From Marsupella aquatica (taxonomy: Eukaryota > Plantae > Marchantiophyta), in NCBI GenBank assembly GCA_973895155.1, contig OZ316897.1, forward strand, positions 6,686,470-6,750,469: 64,000 nt of DNA, in the 5' to 3' direction. Of the stretch, positions 37,201 through 50,771 are shown piece by piece. The notes under the pieces were generated by a model. It made no database searches. It saw nothing but the letters and a program-made list of their open reading frames with translations, and was not told the origin of the DNA. Numbering within the stretch: position 1 is the stretch's first letter; each line of letters starts with the position of its first letter. A program made the translations under genes and the position numbers.

Positions 37201-38321
37201 AGAAATCTTTTCATGTTTTTTGGATCAAATCAAAAAGCCCTTTCTCGTGATGCGCATACATCATGTGATAAACATTCATGGAAAGCAAAACTTGTTTGAC
37301 CAGGATGACACGCCCCGTGAAGGAGAAGTTCTTGTTTGACCAACTAGCAAGTCTACGATTTAGCTTCTTCAAACAAAATTCCTGAATCTGAATCCTGGAT
37401 AAATCCTGCCCGAGCGGGGCACCCAAGTAGCTAGAGATGTGTCCCGGAGTTATTATGATACAGTTGGATTGAGTGAGCCAATCCGGAGGGGATTTCATGC
37501 AGAATAAGAGAACCTCCGTTTTCTCTATATTTAACCTTGCCCCGGCTGCTTGTTCATACAGTGTCATCGAGTCGCGGATTTCAAGGAAGCAACATTCCTT
37601 GGCTGGGGTAAAAACACCCAGGTAGTCAGCAAAAAATCTGTGGAATAGCGTGAGGTGGTGGTTGATTGTGATTTTGTGCACTTTCCCATCCTTGAGAACC
37701 GCTTCGAAGAATTCCATCAATGGTTGTGTGGACAATGCATACACAAGGGGAGCTTAGGGGCAGCCTTGACGGACTCCTCTCATGAGATCTATTGGCTCAG
37801 TAAATCGACCGTTCACATGGATCTTTGCGGAAGCCTGATTCATGAGGCCCATGATGATTCTGATTAGAGAAGTACTTAGCCCAGAGATTTCCAAGGTATC
37901 TCTGATGAATCTGTGGTCTACTCGGTCAAACGCTTTGGAGAAATCCATTTAAAAAAATAAAGCGGGGACATTATTAGTGATAAGCCAGTCAATTGCCATC
38001 CAAGTAATTGAGATGTTATCCAGTATATTCCTCCCGGGGACAAAACCTGTTTGCTGAACATTTACCATTTTGGGGAGAACCTTGCGCAACCTGATGGCAA
38101 TCAATTTAGCTATTATTTTGTATGATATATTTAATAGAGTGATTGGCCTCCAATCCGTGAGCCTCGATCGATCTGCAGATTTTGGAACCAACTTGATTAC
38201 ACCATCTAAGAATCCTGGTAGCATAATTCCATCGGACCAAAATGATACTAACATTGCTAGGAAAGCGGGAGATATAAAGTTCCAACAACCCAAAAATACT
38301 TCAATAGTTAGGCCATCGATC
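34272..38321 (-). mobile_element. 5'-truncated L1-type LINE: decayed RT and zf-RVT, ~1.6-kb 3' UTR, A-rich tail
   Basis: PGIDG, WRPITLLN, QTGFVPGR, DFSKAFDRV, GVRQGCP, FAD(Y), YLGAPL, GGLG, CPFC...HIFFSC. T-rich tract at 34267-34299. Candidate TSD CCAGGTTTTT at 34262-34271 and 38322-38331. Confidence 0.9.
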
Positions 38322-39972
38322 CCAGGTTTTTGACAAATTTGTTTTGCATCTTTTCCCATAGTTTTCCGTGGTACTGCTCACCATCAATATCCTAAGTTGC
38401 CCTGCCTCGTTGAGACATTGGAGCGTCTGAACCCATAAGCACCATACTGAACACATTGCCCAACTCACCTCCTGCCAGTTGCCCTTCATCCAATCTCACT
38501 TGTCCATACCAAAAGGAGGGTCCGATGCTGGGCAGAGTTGCGGCTGCTACAGGAGGGAGAAATGGTTCAGTGTGAGCTCCAAGCCCCCAAGGCAAGCACA
38601 CAACAAACTATAGGTTGTCCACCTTAGAGCGACCTTACAAAAAGGCCAAACAAACTTTTCCATCAAATAATGATCCATATGAACCGTGCTTCAATAAAAG
38701 TGGTACAACCTAAGGGACTATACCCTTAAAGGGATTTAACCTGATTTGTTTTGAGTGAAACCAGGGACTAAAATTCTCATCCTCCCATTATGTAGCCAAT
38801 GCCAGCAGTACAGATCTCTACTCACTACAATGCAATGGTGAGATGGCCTCATTTGAGAATCAGACCAGGGTGTTAAGAGGCACCTACTATTCTGGCAGAG
38901 GAGGGCATTCTGGAAATAGGGGATACAAGGATGTGGTGAACATGGAAGGCAGAACCCTGCCCTAGAGGACCAGTAGTGGGGGTGTGTGAGTGTTTGATCT
39001 GAGGGTGATGAAAACCATCATCTTGTTCAATATGACAATCTCTTGTGGCTAACTGTCAAGGGGGAACTTTGACTACAAAATGCATGGCAACTACATGCAA
39101 GTAAGAGTAGGTATATTTGAGTGATATTTGCAAAAGTTGTTAAAAGCGCCGGAGATAAAAGATGGTAGTATACAATCATATATTAAGAATATTCTCTAAT
39201 ATATACTTTACATAACATAAATATGCAGGTAAAGATGTACTTAAAGTCAAAATTAATCTATGGACCCCCATGTTATTTTAGAGAAAGTTATCTAGAAACT
39301 GAAGCCTAGATGGACCTCCAAATCTAAAGAAAAAAAATTCAAAAATTATGGACGAGTCAATGTTTGACACTTGAAACAATTGCCAAACTTACCAAGACAA
39401 CCATAATTAACATCAATCACAAAACAAGCTGCAATGTGAACTACTGTTTAATGTGTGGGCAACTTAATTGCCCACTTTAGGAAAACGGTGTTCGACGGTT
39501 TCCTCCACGTTATCGAAGGGATGTTGGATGCATTCAGGTTGCATCGAAAGTAATCACTTTTCAATTCCTACATGCAGATAGACAAAGAGAGAGAAATCAT
39601 CGGTGTCATCAAATCACTAACCTTGCATAATTGTTTAAGACAAAAAGTTTCATGGAAACAAATTTCCAATTGTGGAATTTAGAATGGATCAAAAGCTAGA
39701 GAAATTTAGAAATTCATGACCACTTTAGTACTTGATAAAATCTCCCAATGTCACACTCAATGGAAAGCTAGAGAACATTGGAAACTTATAATCTCCTCAG
39801 AACTCAACTAAATCTATCAATGTTAAGTTCATTAAACAACTAAAGAAATTCTAAAATTCATAATCTCCTTAGTACTCGATAAAATCTATGAATTTTAGGT
39901 TCATTCTCATGGAAGGGGTCAACATTTCAGGGGTTGTACAACAAAAAAAATTATTCACATTAGAGATTACAA

Positions 39973-40220
39973 AATCATGGGTAAAATCTATTTTTCAAAT
40001 TATTTACTCAATTCTGATCGAATGGTGACAATGTTGAGCTCATCACGATTGTCTCTTCAAGATCTTTCCAACGCCATATTATACGTGAGTTTTCATAATC
40101 ATGGGTAAAATCTATTTTTCAAATTATTTACTCAATTCTGATCGAATGGTGACAATGTTGAGCTCATCACGATTGTCTCTTCAAGATCTTTCCAACGCCA
40201 TATTATACGTGAGTTTTCAT
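39973..40220. repeat. 124-bp tandem duplication
   Basis: AATCATGGGTAAAATC...GAGTTTTCAT at 39973 and 40097. Confidence 0.92.
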
Positions 40221-41865
40221 TATGATTTGACTCAACAATGTCAAATCAAAAATTGTTGTCAGGAAAATTTTATGTTTTGAATAAAATCAAAATGGAAATA
40301 AAACCGTTATTGGGAGCAGTTTTACCTCAATCTTTTTATCTTTTGGATTGCAAGTCAAATTTTTTTACATTGTTTTTTACGGCATGGCGTCCTAGTTTTT
40401 ACAACAAAGTTGCCACAAACACGAATGTAGAAGTTAATTTTATCCAAAACAAGTCACTCCTTCCTGTTTGTGGCGTGTCATGATGATGTGGCGTGTTGTG
40501 GAGCCAGGAATTTTGGAAAGGACCTCTATTGGGGGTCCGTAATTAAGAATATTTCTAGAATATTATAGTGACATGGTATTTAAATAGACTAGGATCGCAA
40601 GTGGTATCCCAAAGTAAACACTTAGTTACATTGGGATAACTAAGTAACTAAGACTAACCAAGGTTAAGTGACTTACCCCGTGAAGAAAAAGTCATGACAA
40701 AAAAGTGATATTATAGTAAAGCCTAGTATGTGCCATAGGCAGTTGTGGCAGCTGTAGGAATTTATATAAGGAAAAGGAACCAGGGGTTCTTTTTTGCTTA
40801 CAAGTTATGGTACTTCTGCAGCTAAGTACTCACAGCTAGCTAAGGAGTTTGATAACTTTTAATTTCTTGTCTTAATTGAGGAGTTTATGCAAAAGAGCAT
40901 CAAATCTTTTTGTCGTCTGTCAATAAAACTCATTTCCATTTAGACACAAGAGGCATATAGATTCTTTTGGGGTATAAAACTTAATACACTTCAGCATAGG
41001 ATAATTGTGGCACACTAGGGGATAGTCGTTGGTTTCCCGGTCAAGTCATCGTAAGGGGAGGCGATGAGCTTGAGTGATGTCTGGTTCCGTTTGGCATCAA
41101 GATGTCGTGACATATAGTATCGTAGCCATAGTGTATCAAAAACATACAAGTCACCGGCAATGCATATGTGCAAGCTGCTAGCAACCAACATGCATAGAAA
41201 AAGTCCAATCACATTCCCAAGTGCCAAGAAAAAGCAACTGAGGTGGTATGTACGTAGTGGAGGTGTAAACCTCTGTATCCCCCCTGTATAAAAGGCGTAA
41301 GAGAAACAATCGTACTGAAATCGAATCAAAAACCGGCGGGATGCCAAGATCGGTCGGGAGCATCTAACGAATCACTGTGTGAATCCCGTGTATGGAACTA
41401 ACGAGCACTGTCTGAGCTTTGTCAACAGCGATTCAAGAAGAACTGAAAACCGACAAAGAAAGACATGCCCTAAGTAGATCAAGTCAAGGCGTCACACTAA
41501 CAAGCACGTTTTGCTTCAAGAACGGCCCAGACTTGCTACAAGAACATGACACTAACTCAAGTAGTACACTAGCCCTAACTACATACCTAGCGGGCATGCG
41601 AGGGACATGCCAATGTGCACAAGCGGCACTGTCCCTCGGCATGACAGCTGTCGTGACATATAGTATCATAGCCATAGTGTATCAAAAACATATGTAGTCA
41701 CCGACAATGCATATGTGCAAGCTGCTAGCAACCAACATGCATAGAAAAAGTCCAATCACATTCCCAAGTGCCAAGAAAAAGCAATTGAGGTGGTATGTAC
41801 GTCGTGGAGGTGTAAACCTCTGTATCCCCCCCCAGACCATAGTCACAAGGAGGGCTGAGGAAAAG

Positions 41866-43404
41866 TCAGGTGGCATGTGGAGCACAGGAAGGGCAAAACC
41901 ATAACCCTTCTGGCACCTGGGTAAGTTCAGGCCGCAGGCAGAAAAGATGGTACCCTCCATTGCAATTATCACATAGCAGCATCTGGTCAGCATCGTCAAT
42001 TTGCAAACACACTTTGCAAGGGTAGTCCATAGGTGGAATCCAGGTAGAAGTCATAATGGTGGGATCCAGGTTAGGCAGATGACAAGGGGCGCAATTCTTG
42101 GCATTGTCAACAATTGTGCGCCCATCTACCCCTTGTAACTCTAGCACTCCAGACGGTCGAATAGCTTTAACCCTGAGAATAGTATGACTGGTAGAGGTGT
42201 CCTGGGTGTCGTTAGCTTGCCGCTGCAAGTACACAAAATCTCCCACATCAAACTTCCTGACCTTGGGCTGAAAAGTGCCCCCTCGTGTGTGTGCATAACG
42301 CAGTGTGTCCATATGTTGTGCAATGGCCAAATTCTCCATGGCCATGGGCATAACCCTCCTGAATAGGGCAGCCCTCTCAGAGATCACATCAGACCAAGTC
42401 ACAGCTGAATCCAAGTCCACCACCTGAAGCATGTGAGCAGCAATAGCAGAAGGTGGAACTGGGTGACGACCAAACAACAAGAAGTAGAGAGAAAAGTTAG
42501 ACAATGATGCATGTCTAGACATCCTATACCCCATGGCAATGTAGGGTAAGGCCAGGTCCTAATCCTCCTTGTTTTTGGTGAGGCAAATCTTCCGAAGACC
42601 CTTCTTGCATGTCTAAACCATGCGCTCTGCCAAGCCATCTGCCTGTGGGTGATCTCGTGATGTCCGGCGATGATCAATGAGGGCCTGATCAAGCAGCTCC
42701 TGGAACTCTCCTCTAAACTCTGAGCCCTGGTCAGTGAGACATTCTGCACAAGCTCCAAAGCGGCTGAGAACTTGTTGCAGGAATGCCTGGCTGGTGCTAC
42801 GGGAGGTCTTATCCGGCAATGCCACAAGTTCTATCCACTTGGAGAAATGCTCTATCATGATCATGATCTAGAGATTACCCCGAGATGTGAGGGGTAATTC
42901 TCCAGCCAAATCACATGACCAACGATAAAACATGCCCTAAATAGGGAGTGGATGAAGTGTGGGTTGCCGAGATGTGAAAGAAGTCCTTACCCTATCACAC
43001 TGCTCACACCGGGCAATAACATCTCGAACCTGGCCATGCACACCTCTCCAATGATAATGAGGGACCAAGAGGCTGTAAGTCCTCTTAACGCCAAAATGAC
43101 CAAGCTCAGAATGTACCTTACGGATAAGGCCAACCCTCTCATGAATGGGTGGAACCACCACTTCCCTATCTGGCAAGCAGCGCACAAGATGATCTCCCTT
43201 CCACAAGTAGCACTTGGACCTTTGCTGAATTCGGTCTCTCTGGGCAGCAGTAACATGGGTGGGGTACTCCCCATGCTGCAGAAATCTCAGAGTGTCGTTG
43301 TCCTCCCATATGTCCACCACAGGTTGGTCAACAATGTAGCATGGCAGCAAAGCAAGATAGGTAGATGCATGAAATGTAGGCAGGATGGAAACCTGGTCAA
43401 AATC
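41866..43404 (-). pseudogene. DDE integrase with C-terminal PHD finger (41884-42018), element 2
   Basis: HSELGHFG...CEQC; EHFSKWIE...LTDQGSEF...DGLAERMV; CKVC...CDNC...HLFC...WFCPSC. Confidence 0.93.
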
Positions 43405-45050
43405 CTACCGTGCATCTGAGGAATCATCAGAGGCAATCAAAGGGCTGCGAGACATAGTGTCAGCATTTTGATGTGTCACACCAGGCCTGTGAATTACCTC
43501 AAAATCATACTCCTGGAGTATGAGCGCCCAACGAGCAAGCTTGCCAGTAAGCTTGTCGTTGGTCATCAACCACTTCAAGGGCTGGTGGTCGGTGTAGAGG
43601 ACAAACCTGGTCCCATAGAGGTGGGGCCTGTAATGTATGACAGCCCACACAACAGTAAGGCATTCACCCTCATACGAAGAATAATGATTCTCTGCCTGAT
43701 TGTTGCTCCTGGATGCATAGGCAATGACGTACTCTTTACCTTCCTCATCATGTTGGCCCAGAATGGCACCAATCCCAAGGGCACTCCAATCTGTGTGGAG
43801 CACAAAGACCTTGCTGAAATCAGGTCTTCTCAGCACCGGGTATTCTGAGAGCTTCTCCTTCAAAGTGGCAAATGCTGCCTCAGCATCTGTACTCCATGTC
43901 CAAGTCACATTCTTTTTCAACAAAGCATACAATGGGTGTGCAATGGTGCTGAAATCTTTGATGTAGATCCGGTAGTAATTGCACAACCCAATAAAACTCC
44001 TCAAAGTGTGAACATCGGTAGGAGTGGGCATTTCCAAGATGGATACCACCTTGGCCCAGTGAGCCATGGTTCCATTTGGAAGAATGCGGTGCCCAAGGTA
44101 TACTACTGATCTGACAGCAAATTCACACTTCTTGGGGTGTATCTTTAGGTTCACCTTCTTAAGCCTCATGAATAGCTCCTCGAGGTCAAGTAGATGCTGG
44201 TCAAATCCTTTGCTGTGGACCAACACATCATCAATGTAGCATTTCAGAAACTCAGCACCTTGAAGAACCTGGTCCATGACTCTTTGAAAGAATATGGGCG
44301 CATTCTTCAAGCCAAATGGCATCACCAACCACTCCCATAGTTGGTTACTACCATGGAAAGCTGTTTTCTTGCGGTCCTTTGCAAGCAGCAAAATCTGGTT
44401 AAAGCCTTGCCTTAGATCCACAAGAGTGAAGATGTCTGAGTCTCCAATGTTGTCAAATAGCTCCTCTGGCCGTGGCATGGGGTACCTGTCCCGGGGTGTG
44501 ACCAGGTTCAGTGGCCTGTAGTCCCCACACATGCGCTTCTCTCTCCACAATCCATTGGAATCCTTCTTTGCTGGCATCACTGTAGCTGCTGCAAACTCTG
44601 ATGTAGATGGCTGAATAAGACCAGCTTCATATAACTCTTGGCACCTCTCATCCACCAGCTGCCACTCATGCTTACTCAAAAGATGTCTTCGCCTGAAGAT
44701 AGGTGTTTCATCAACCAACTCAATGGAGAACTGCATGGTCTTGCACTTACCCAAGTCCTTCATAGAGAAAGCAAACACGTTCTCATGCTTGAGGAGCAAA
44801 TTCAGCAGCTGGTCCTTCTGTCTTTTACTCAGGTGGTTGCCCATGAAGAACGTGTAGTTGGCAACACTAGGAATAGGACCTGATGTACTCATGCTTGAAG
44901 AGCCAGAAGTGCTAGCCTCTCCACTGTCCAAGCTGCTAGCATGCTGCTGATAAGGCGATGAGGCCTCTCCAAGGCCTGTTGTATCTGTTGCTCTGGTCTG
45001 ATCCACACCATGAAACTCATAAATAATATCAGCCACGTTACAAGGGACCT
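43405..45050 (-). CDS. Ty3/Gypsy RT-RNase H of element 2 (this segment is open)
   Basis: RMCGDYRPLN, VDLRQGFNQ, MPFGLKNAP, YIDD, LHTDWS, YEGECL, TDHQPLKW. Confidence 0.96.
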
Positions 45051-45194
45051 CCTCCCCCCCAACACTTGGACTGAAGCGATTCATGAGTGTTGAATAGAGG
45101 TAAGTGCACTTGGTCTGGATGCCATGTAGCAGCACCATGGAGTGGTAGGGCTGGAACTCCTGATGCTGGATGAATGTACATCTGAAAAAGGATG

Positions 45195-46145
45195 CAAGTG
45201 ACCAGAAGCCAAGTGAGAGCATTAAGATCCATTACCCTGCCAACTAAAGCATTCCTGGCCAGCTTGGTGATTTTGGTGTGGCATGTAGTACCGGGTTGGA
45301 AGCCCATAGCCCGTTCTCTCTCCTCAGGACTAGGTTCATCCCATGTACCGGTAGAATGTCGGTAAACCAGGCCAGGACCATCACCCTGAAAAGCATGTGC
45401 ACCTGGAAAGGACACAAATGTAGGCCAAGCAGCACGGGGCTGTCCAATGGTATTGGCTAGATACCAAGGTGCTGGCTCTTGCCGTGTAACTGGTTGGCAA
45501 GAACTGTCAGGATCCAAAATCTGGTCCACTGTGAGGTTAGTGTCCCTGGATGTGTGGTGAAGAGCTAACTCCAACAAGGAAGGTGGTGCAAGGTTAGTCC
45601 AAAAGTTACGAAGACGATGTGCATAAGAACCACAGTGCACTGCATCAATGAGAAGGGGTGGTCCCAAGTAGTGCTGGACCACACTGAAATCCTCTTTGAC
45701 CTGTGGTCGCTGGTCAAACTGAGATGGAGTATTCTCAATGATATAACCAACAGCAAGATAAAAGGATTGAGCCCAGGTGAGAATCTGAACCAATGCTGTG
45801 AAAAGGCCAGAACGAGAATCATGCAGTCTAGCACCGTGACCAGCAGCTGAAAACCCTTGGCATTCCCAACCAGCTATTATCACATCAAGGGAGCCAAGAA
45901 GGGTTAAGTGCCGGTGCTAGACAAGCTGGATATCTGGAGGAAAGAAAGAAAATGCAGACTTTCATGCACTGTGTGGAAACTGCTGAGGAAATCGCTCTGA
46001 AAATTCCAGCAAACGGGATTCAGCCACTTGCCTTGCACCTGGATCAATATCCACATAGATGTACTGCTTCACCACCATGCCAGACTGTAGGAGAGCTTCC
46101 AGGCCTGTAGAAATGCCACCAAAAAGCTCAAGTAATGTAAGGCCA
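45195..46145 (-). pseudogene. C5 cytosine DNA methyltransferase domain (DNMT3/DRM-like) of element 2, motifs I-X, two in-frame stops
   Basis: LELFGGISTG, YVDID, IAGWECQG, YIIENTP, AHRLRNFWTNL, EPSPEERERAMGF, RNALVGRVMDL. Confidence 0.92.
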
Positions 46146-49024
46146 TCCGGAGTAGGAGTCCATGTAACTGGTGCGCTCAAGATTGGGGCTATTGGCTGTC
46201 CATTGTGCTGCCCAAGGTCTTCAAACTTGCGCAATGCAGCCACCAAAGGTCCATGGGCTGCTTGGAGCCGTTGTACCACCTCTGGTTGATGATCCACGTT
46301 GCTGGAAAGTGCTGCTATACGTGCAGCAGCATGTGCAGCAGCCACCTCATCGTCATCCTCCTCAATCCAATCTTGCAATGGGTGGTTGACATAGGTAGCT
46401 GTGTGCACTACTTTCAACACACAGTGGTGAGCCATAGGTGTATGGGCACCATGCAAATCAAGTGGAATGTAGCCCAAGTGTGAGCCATCAGTATGTCAAT
46501 CAACTTTGTAGTATGCATGCTCATGCCAGTTGTCAATGGTAAAACCTGGTGGGAACAAAGCCTCCTGGCCAATGAGCACATCATACGTAGTGGCATTGGT
46601 AACCAAACATTTGACTGAGAAATGCAGTTCCTGATCTGTACCTCCATTAACAGTGAGAGTGAGTAAAGTAGAACTCTCACCCAACACATCCTCCACAGTG
46701 CCACTAGCAGTCCGAACGTGCCACTTGGATTGCTATAAATGATCAGTCAACAGTCCCATCTTCTTGGCAAACTGAATGCCCAATATCACTCATTGAGCAC
46801 CTGTGTCTAGCATGACCACCTGAGGAGTGTGACCCTCCAACTTGACCACTGAATTCCTGTTACAGTCAACAATGGCAATGGTGGTGGAAACTGAAGTCCT
46901 GTCACTAGGCACCACTCTCGGCAAATGATGAGGTACCTTGTGAAGGGAGTTAGTGTCCACGGTCTTTCCACTCAACAACATAGCCAGGAAAGATGGAGCA
47001 GCATGACCAGAATCAAGTGTAGCTCTGGTCACACAATCAACAGCAATCGGTACTGGGGGCAGCCAAACCAGTGGAAACATGTAAAGGAGAAGAAGGTCCA
47101 GTATGTACATGAGATTGGACCTCCAAAACCGGTGTCACAGGGGCTAATGAAGAATGCAGTGAACCCTCTAGCACCCTGAGGACAGCTCTAGCATCCAGCT
47201 GTAAATCATGGCAACTGAAAAGTGGAGTTGTAAGAATCCTTTGTGCCATATCGGAGGTGAAATGCTCAAGCAGATCAGGAGAAACAACTCCCTGTGGAAT
47301 GTCAGCAGCACCTAGTGGTGGAATGGATGTAGCTGCAGCTCCCTCCCCCCTCGCCAACAAGGTGCGCTCTTTAGCAAGTGTGAGTGGCTGAAAGGATTGG
47401 GCATGATAGCCCAAGCTTCCCTAGCTCTAGTCATAGGACCGGCAGCAAGACCATCAGCCTGTACAATGCGGCGTGTGGGAGAAATACGGGAGTTAGCACT
47501 GGCCTGCTGGTAAGCAAAATAGGAAGGGCAGAATGAATCTGAAAATTCTGCTGTAAGGCCAGGCTGTGGAGCAGAGGACAACACACACTCACCCATATGA
47601 GCATCAAATGGCAAGCCATAGAAAGAGCGGGGTAGAGGTGCTAAACTGTCAGTGGTGCCTGGGCCAAGGATGGGTTGCACGTGACCAGCCAGTTGAGAAG
47701 GACCAGTAGAGGCAGTTGACTTGCCTTTGATGTTGGCAAGTTGGGCACGTAGGGACTCAACCTCATGAGTCAGAGACTGGAGTTGAGTTGCCTGTGCGTT
47801 GTGAGCCTCCTTCTGAGCTGGTTGCTTCTGTTGCTGCTTGGGCGGTTTGTTGGCACTGGATGCTTTGCCACTAGAAGGAGGAGCAGTTGATGCAGTAGGA
47901 GCCCTCCTAGCTGGTGGGGGAGTGGAAGCAGGAGCAGGAGGGGGGGCCTGCTATCGTAGTTGCTTCCTCTCTGGGAATTTGGCAAAACAAACTGCCTCCA
48001 AGTGACCCACTTTTCCGCAAAAATCACAAGACAGGTCCTCAGCAACAATATCACAGTCATTAGCCTTGTGATTGGGGTTACCACAGTAGTTGCAAGATGG
48101 CAGCATGAAAGCAGCATGGGCTGGCTTGGTCTTGGAACCATACTGTGGCACACGGGAAGGGGTGGCTAGTGTAGGGGCAGCAGCCTAGTACCTGGATCGC
48201 GGTGGACGTGAAATACTGGCCTCATAATGTGCATGGGCCAACTCAAGTTTCTCAGCAGTATCATAGACATTGAGCAGGGTGTAGCTGTCTCCAAACTCTG
48301 AGAATACTTGCTGCAACACTTGCGAATGGAGAGCTGGTGTGCCCTCCAATGCGCGAAGATAGCAATGAGCAGCTTCCAGGTCAGTGATGCTTTGGGTGTC
48401 CTCCTTCAGCTTGAGAAGCCGGCAATACATCATCTTCAAGGTTTCATCACGCTGCCTCACAAAGGTGGCCAACTACATGATTTTGTTAGCACTCTTGATT
48501 GGGAATTCCAATTCAAGAACCTGGAAAAACTCAGCCACTGGATCAGCAAAGGCAAGGGAATCAATGGTGGGAGAAATGCCTGATGTAGCCTGTGCCAAGA
48601 CGGTGGGAGTAACTGGTGCAGTGGTGGGAACTGGAGTAGGAGGGGAAGTGGCAGGAGCAGCAGCATGGGCTGCAATGGCATTCTATAATGTCAACTGTGA
48701 GGCAGCCGCAATTGCAGTGGCATAGGCAGGGTTAGGCAATTGTGTGACAGCAAGCAACCGTTGAGAGTGCTGCTCATACACATCCAAAGCCTCGTGGTGC
48801 ACATACCTGGCTAGCTGCTTAAATGCAAAAGCATTTGTGAAATTGCTGCCATACTTCAACTCCAATTCGTAAACGATAGTGTAGAAAGTGGATTTGAACT
48901 CATGCAAAGAAACAGTGCCTGGCCGCCCACTGAAGCGCTCAATGCGGCCAGATGAGTGACTGGCATCCATGCTGTATGTCGGTGAAGCTGGAACAATCAC
49001 TGATGCAGAAGGAGTAAAGGGCAA
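46146..49024 (-). pseudogene. Gag (two CCHC knuckles) and aspartic protease of element 2
   Basis: RFSGRPG; CNYCGNPNHKANDC; CDFCGKVGHLEAVC; VMLDTGAQ; YDVLIGQEALFPPGFTIDNW. Confidence 0.88.
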
Positions 49025-50756
49025 AGAAGCAATAGTAGGCTTTGGGGTAGTGGTGAAGCGACCGCCAAATGTAGCAGAAGGGTTGCGTGATGTGGGTGCT
49101 GCTGATGTCTACTGACGTCATCAAAATTGCCGAGACTCCAATGAAATGGGCACCAACGGTCGTGGATCACTCCGTAAGTGGTACCTGGGCGTTGGTGGCG
49201 ATGAGCTGCTACCTCCCGGCTCGTCTGCTGACATGCTGCATGCTAACCCGGGTGCCAAATGTACAAAATGTGTGAACACACATAAAAACCGTTACAAAGA
49301 AAAACCGTTGGAGAAAATGACCCTTAAAAGCGCAAATTCAGCCCCCTTCGCATTTGCCTATTATATGCCAAATTGACCATCTGATGTGTAGACACAGGAC
49401 CCGCAGCGGTATGCAGATGATCTGACGTCGGCGGAAAGGAGGGCCCCTAAAATCTATACACATCAGGCCCCATTGTGGACCCGGAAAGTGCAGCCATTCG
49501 GAATGGAAAGCAAGGGAGGCGAAAGGAAAAGAAATACGAGAAAAATGGGCCTGCCCCTAAGTGTATACACATCGGGTTTAAGGCAGACCGGCCGAATGTG
49601 TATAGGCAAGCAACCTAAACACAACAATAAAAATGGTGTGCGGCTCTATGCTGTCGAGCAAGGCAAGGCGCAGCAAGGCGAAAGGAAAGAATCCAGCCCG
49701 AAAGACAAAGAAAGGGCGAGGCGACGCAGGGTAAGTGCCAAAGAAAAACTGATGCAAAATTAAGGCAAGGGGGAACAGAAAGAAATGAGCCCCTCTTAAT
49801 GGATCCCCAACCCTCCATAGGGCTTCGTGCCCCCCTTTATGAACTCCCAAAGAGAAGCTACGAGCTCCCTCTCCCCTCCTTAATGATTCCTGTTGGGCCT
49901 TGTGCCCTCTCCCTCGCTTTGCTTCTGGCAGGGCTCCTCCTCCCCACTTAATGCTCCCTAGGGCTTGGTGCCCTCCTTTTGCTTCCCCCTCCTTCCTTAA
50001 TGCTTGTGCCCTGCAGGGTGGGACTCCCAAGAGAGGGAGTCAAATGATTACTCCCCTCCCCCTCTTTATTCTCCATAGGGCCTCGTGCCCTCTCCATGCG
50101 CTCGCTTCCCCCCAGCTGCTTTGATTGCTGATAACGGTAGGGAAAAAGAAGGAAGGAAATGTGCGAGGCAAGGGGCACGATGCCCTATGCACAGTCTGCA
50201 CACCAAAGCGAAAGGACTGGCGAGGCAACGAAGGCAAAAAATGGCCAAAAAAAAAGGGCAAAAAGAAAACGGGCGCGCGGCCCTATGTAGTCGAGAAGCA
50301 GTTGCACGGTGGCCGAGGCAGTCTGGAGGTTGTCGCACGGCAGCCGATGCAGGATGGCAACCGCGGCCGGGAAATGGCCATAAAACCAACAAAAAAGGGG
50401 CTTCAAAGGGTCGTTAAAAACTCCAGCAAGAGCACAGCGCCCTGTGCAGTCGGCAGCAAGTCGCCGACGAAGATCACGGCAGTAGGTCGTGACGCAGGTT
50501 GCGGCCGGAAAAGAAAAACCTGGGCAAAACGCAAAACCTCCCGGAAGCGCTCCCCTCGTCTCCTCCTGGGTGTACTCCGCCAGTCCGAGAGTTTAAGTGT
50601 ATACACATAAGTGATGTGTATACAAGGAAAAATCTAACTCTAACCCCATCGCTTGATTTTTCTGCAAAGAAATTGTACCGGCTTCGACAAAAATTGTCTA
50701 GACCAGCATGAGCAGCTGAGAAGCACAACGTTTCTGATCTTCTTCCCTTCACTCGG

Positions 50757-50771
50757 CAGTTCTTCTTGAAT
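50757..50771 (-). promoter_or_regulatory. Putative self-priming primer-binding site of element 2
   Basis: The 15 nt at the A1/internal border are a perfect inverted repeat of 50913-50927 inside A1 (ATTCAAGAAGAACTG / CAGTTCTTCTTGAAT). Confidence 0.75.

Noticed and set aside
41103-41833. B-A-B block as a solo LTR inserted into, or in tandem with, a normal LTR element
   Set aside because: The TSD encloses the whole A...BAB unit, the internal spacer is 2 bp (GC) rather than a 4-bp TSD, and the same junction occurs in a second diverged family.
41866-49024. DIRS/PAT/Ngaro tyrosine-recombinase element (these have split repeats, and some carry a methyltransferase)
   Set aside because: It has an aspartic protease, Ty3/Gypsy RT-RH, HHCC+DDE integrase and a TSD. 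No tyrosine recombinase was recognised, and the MTase is C5-cytosine type rather than adenine type.
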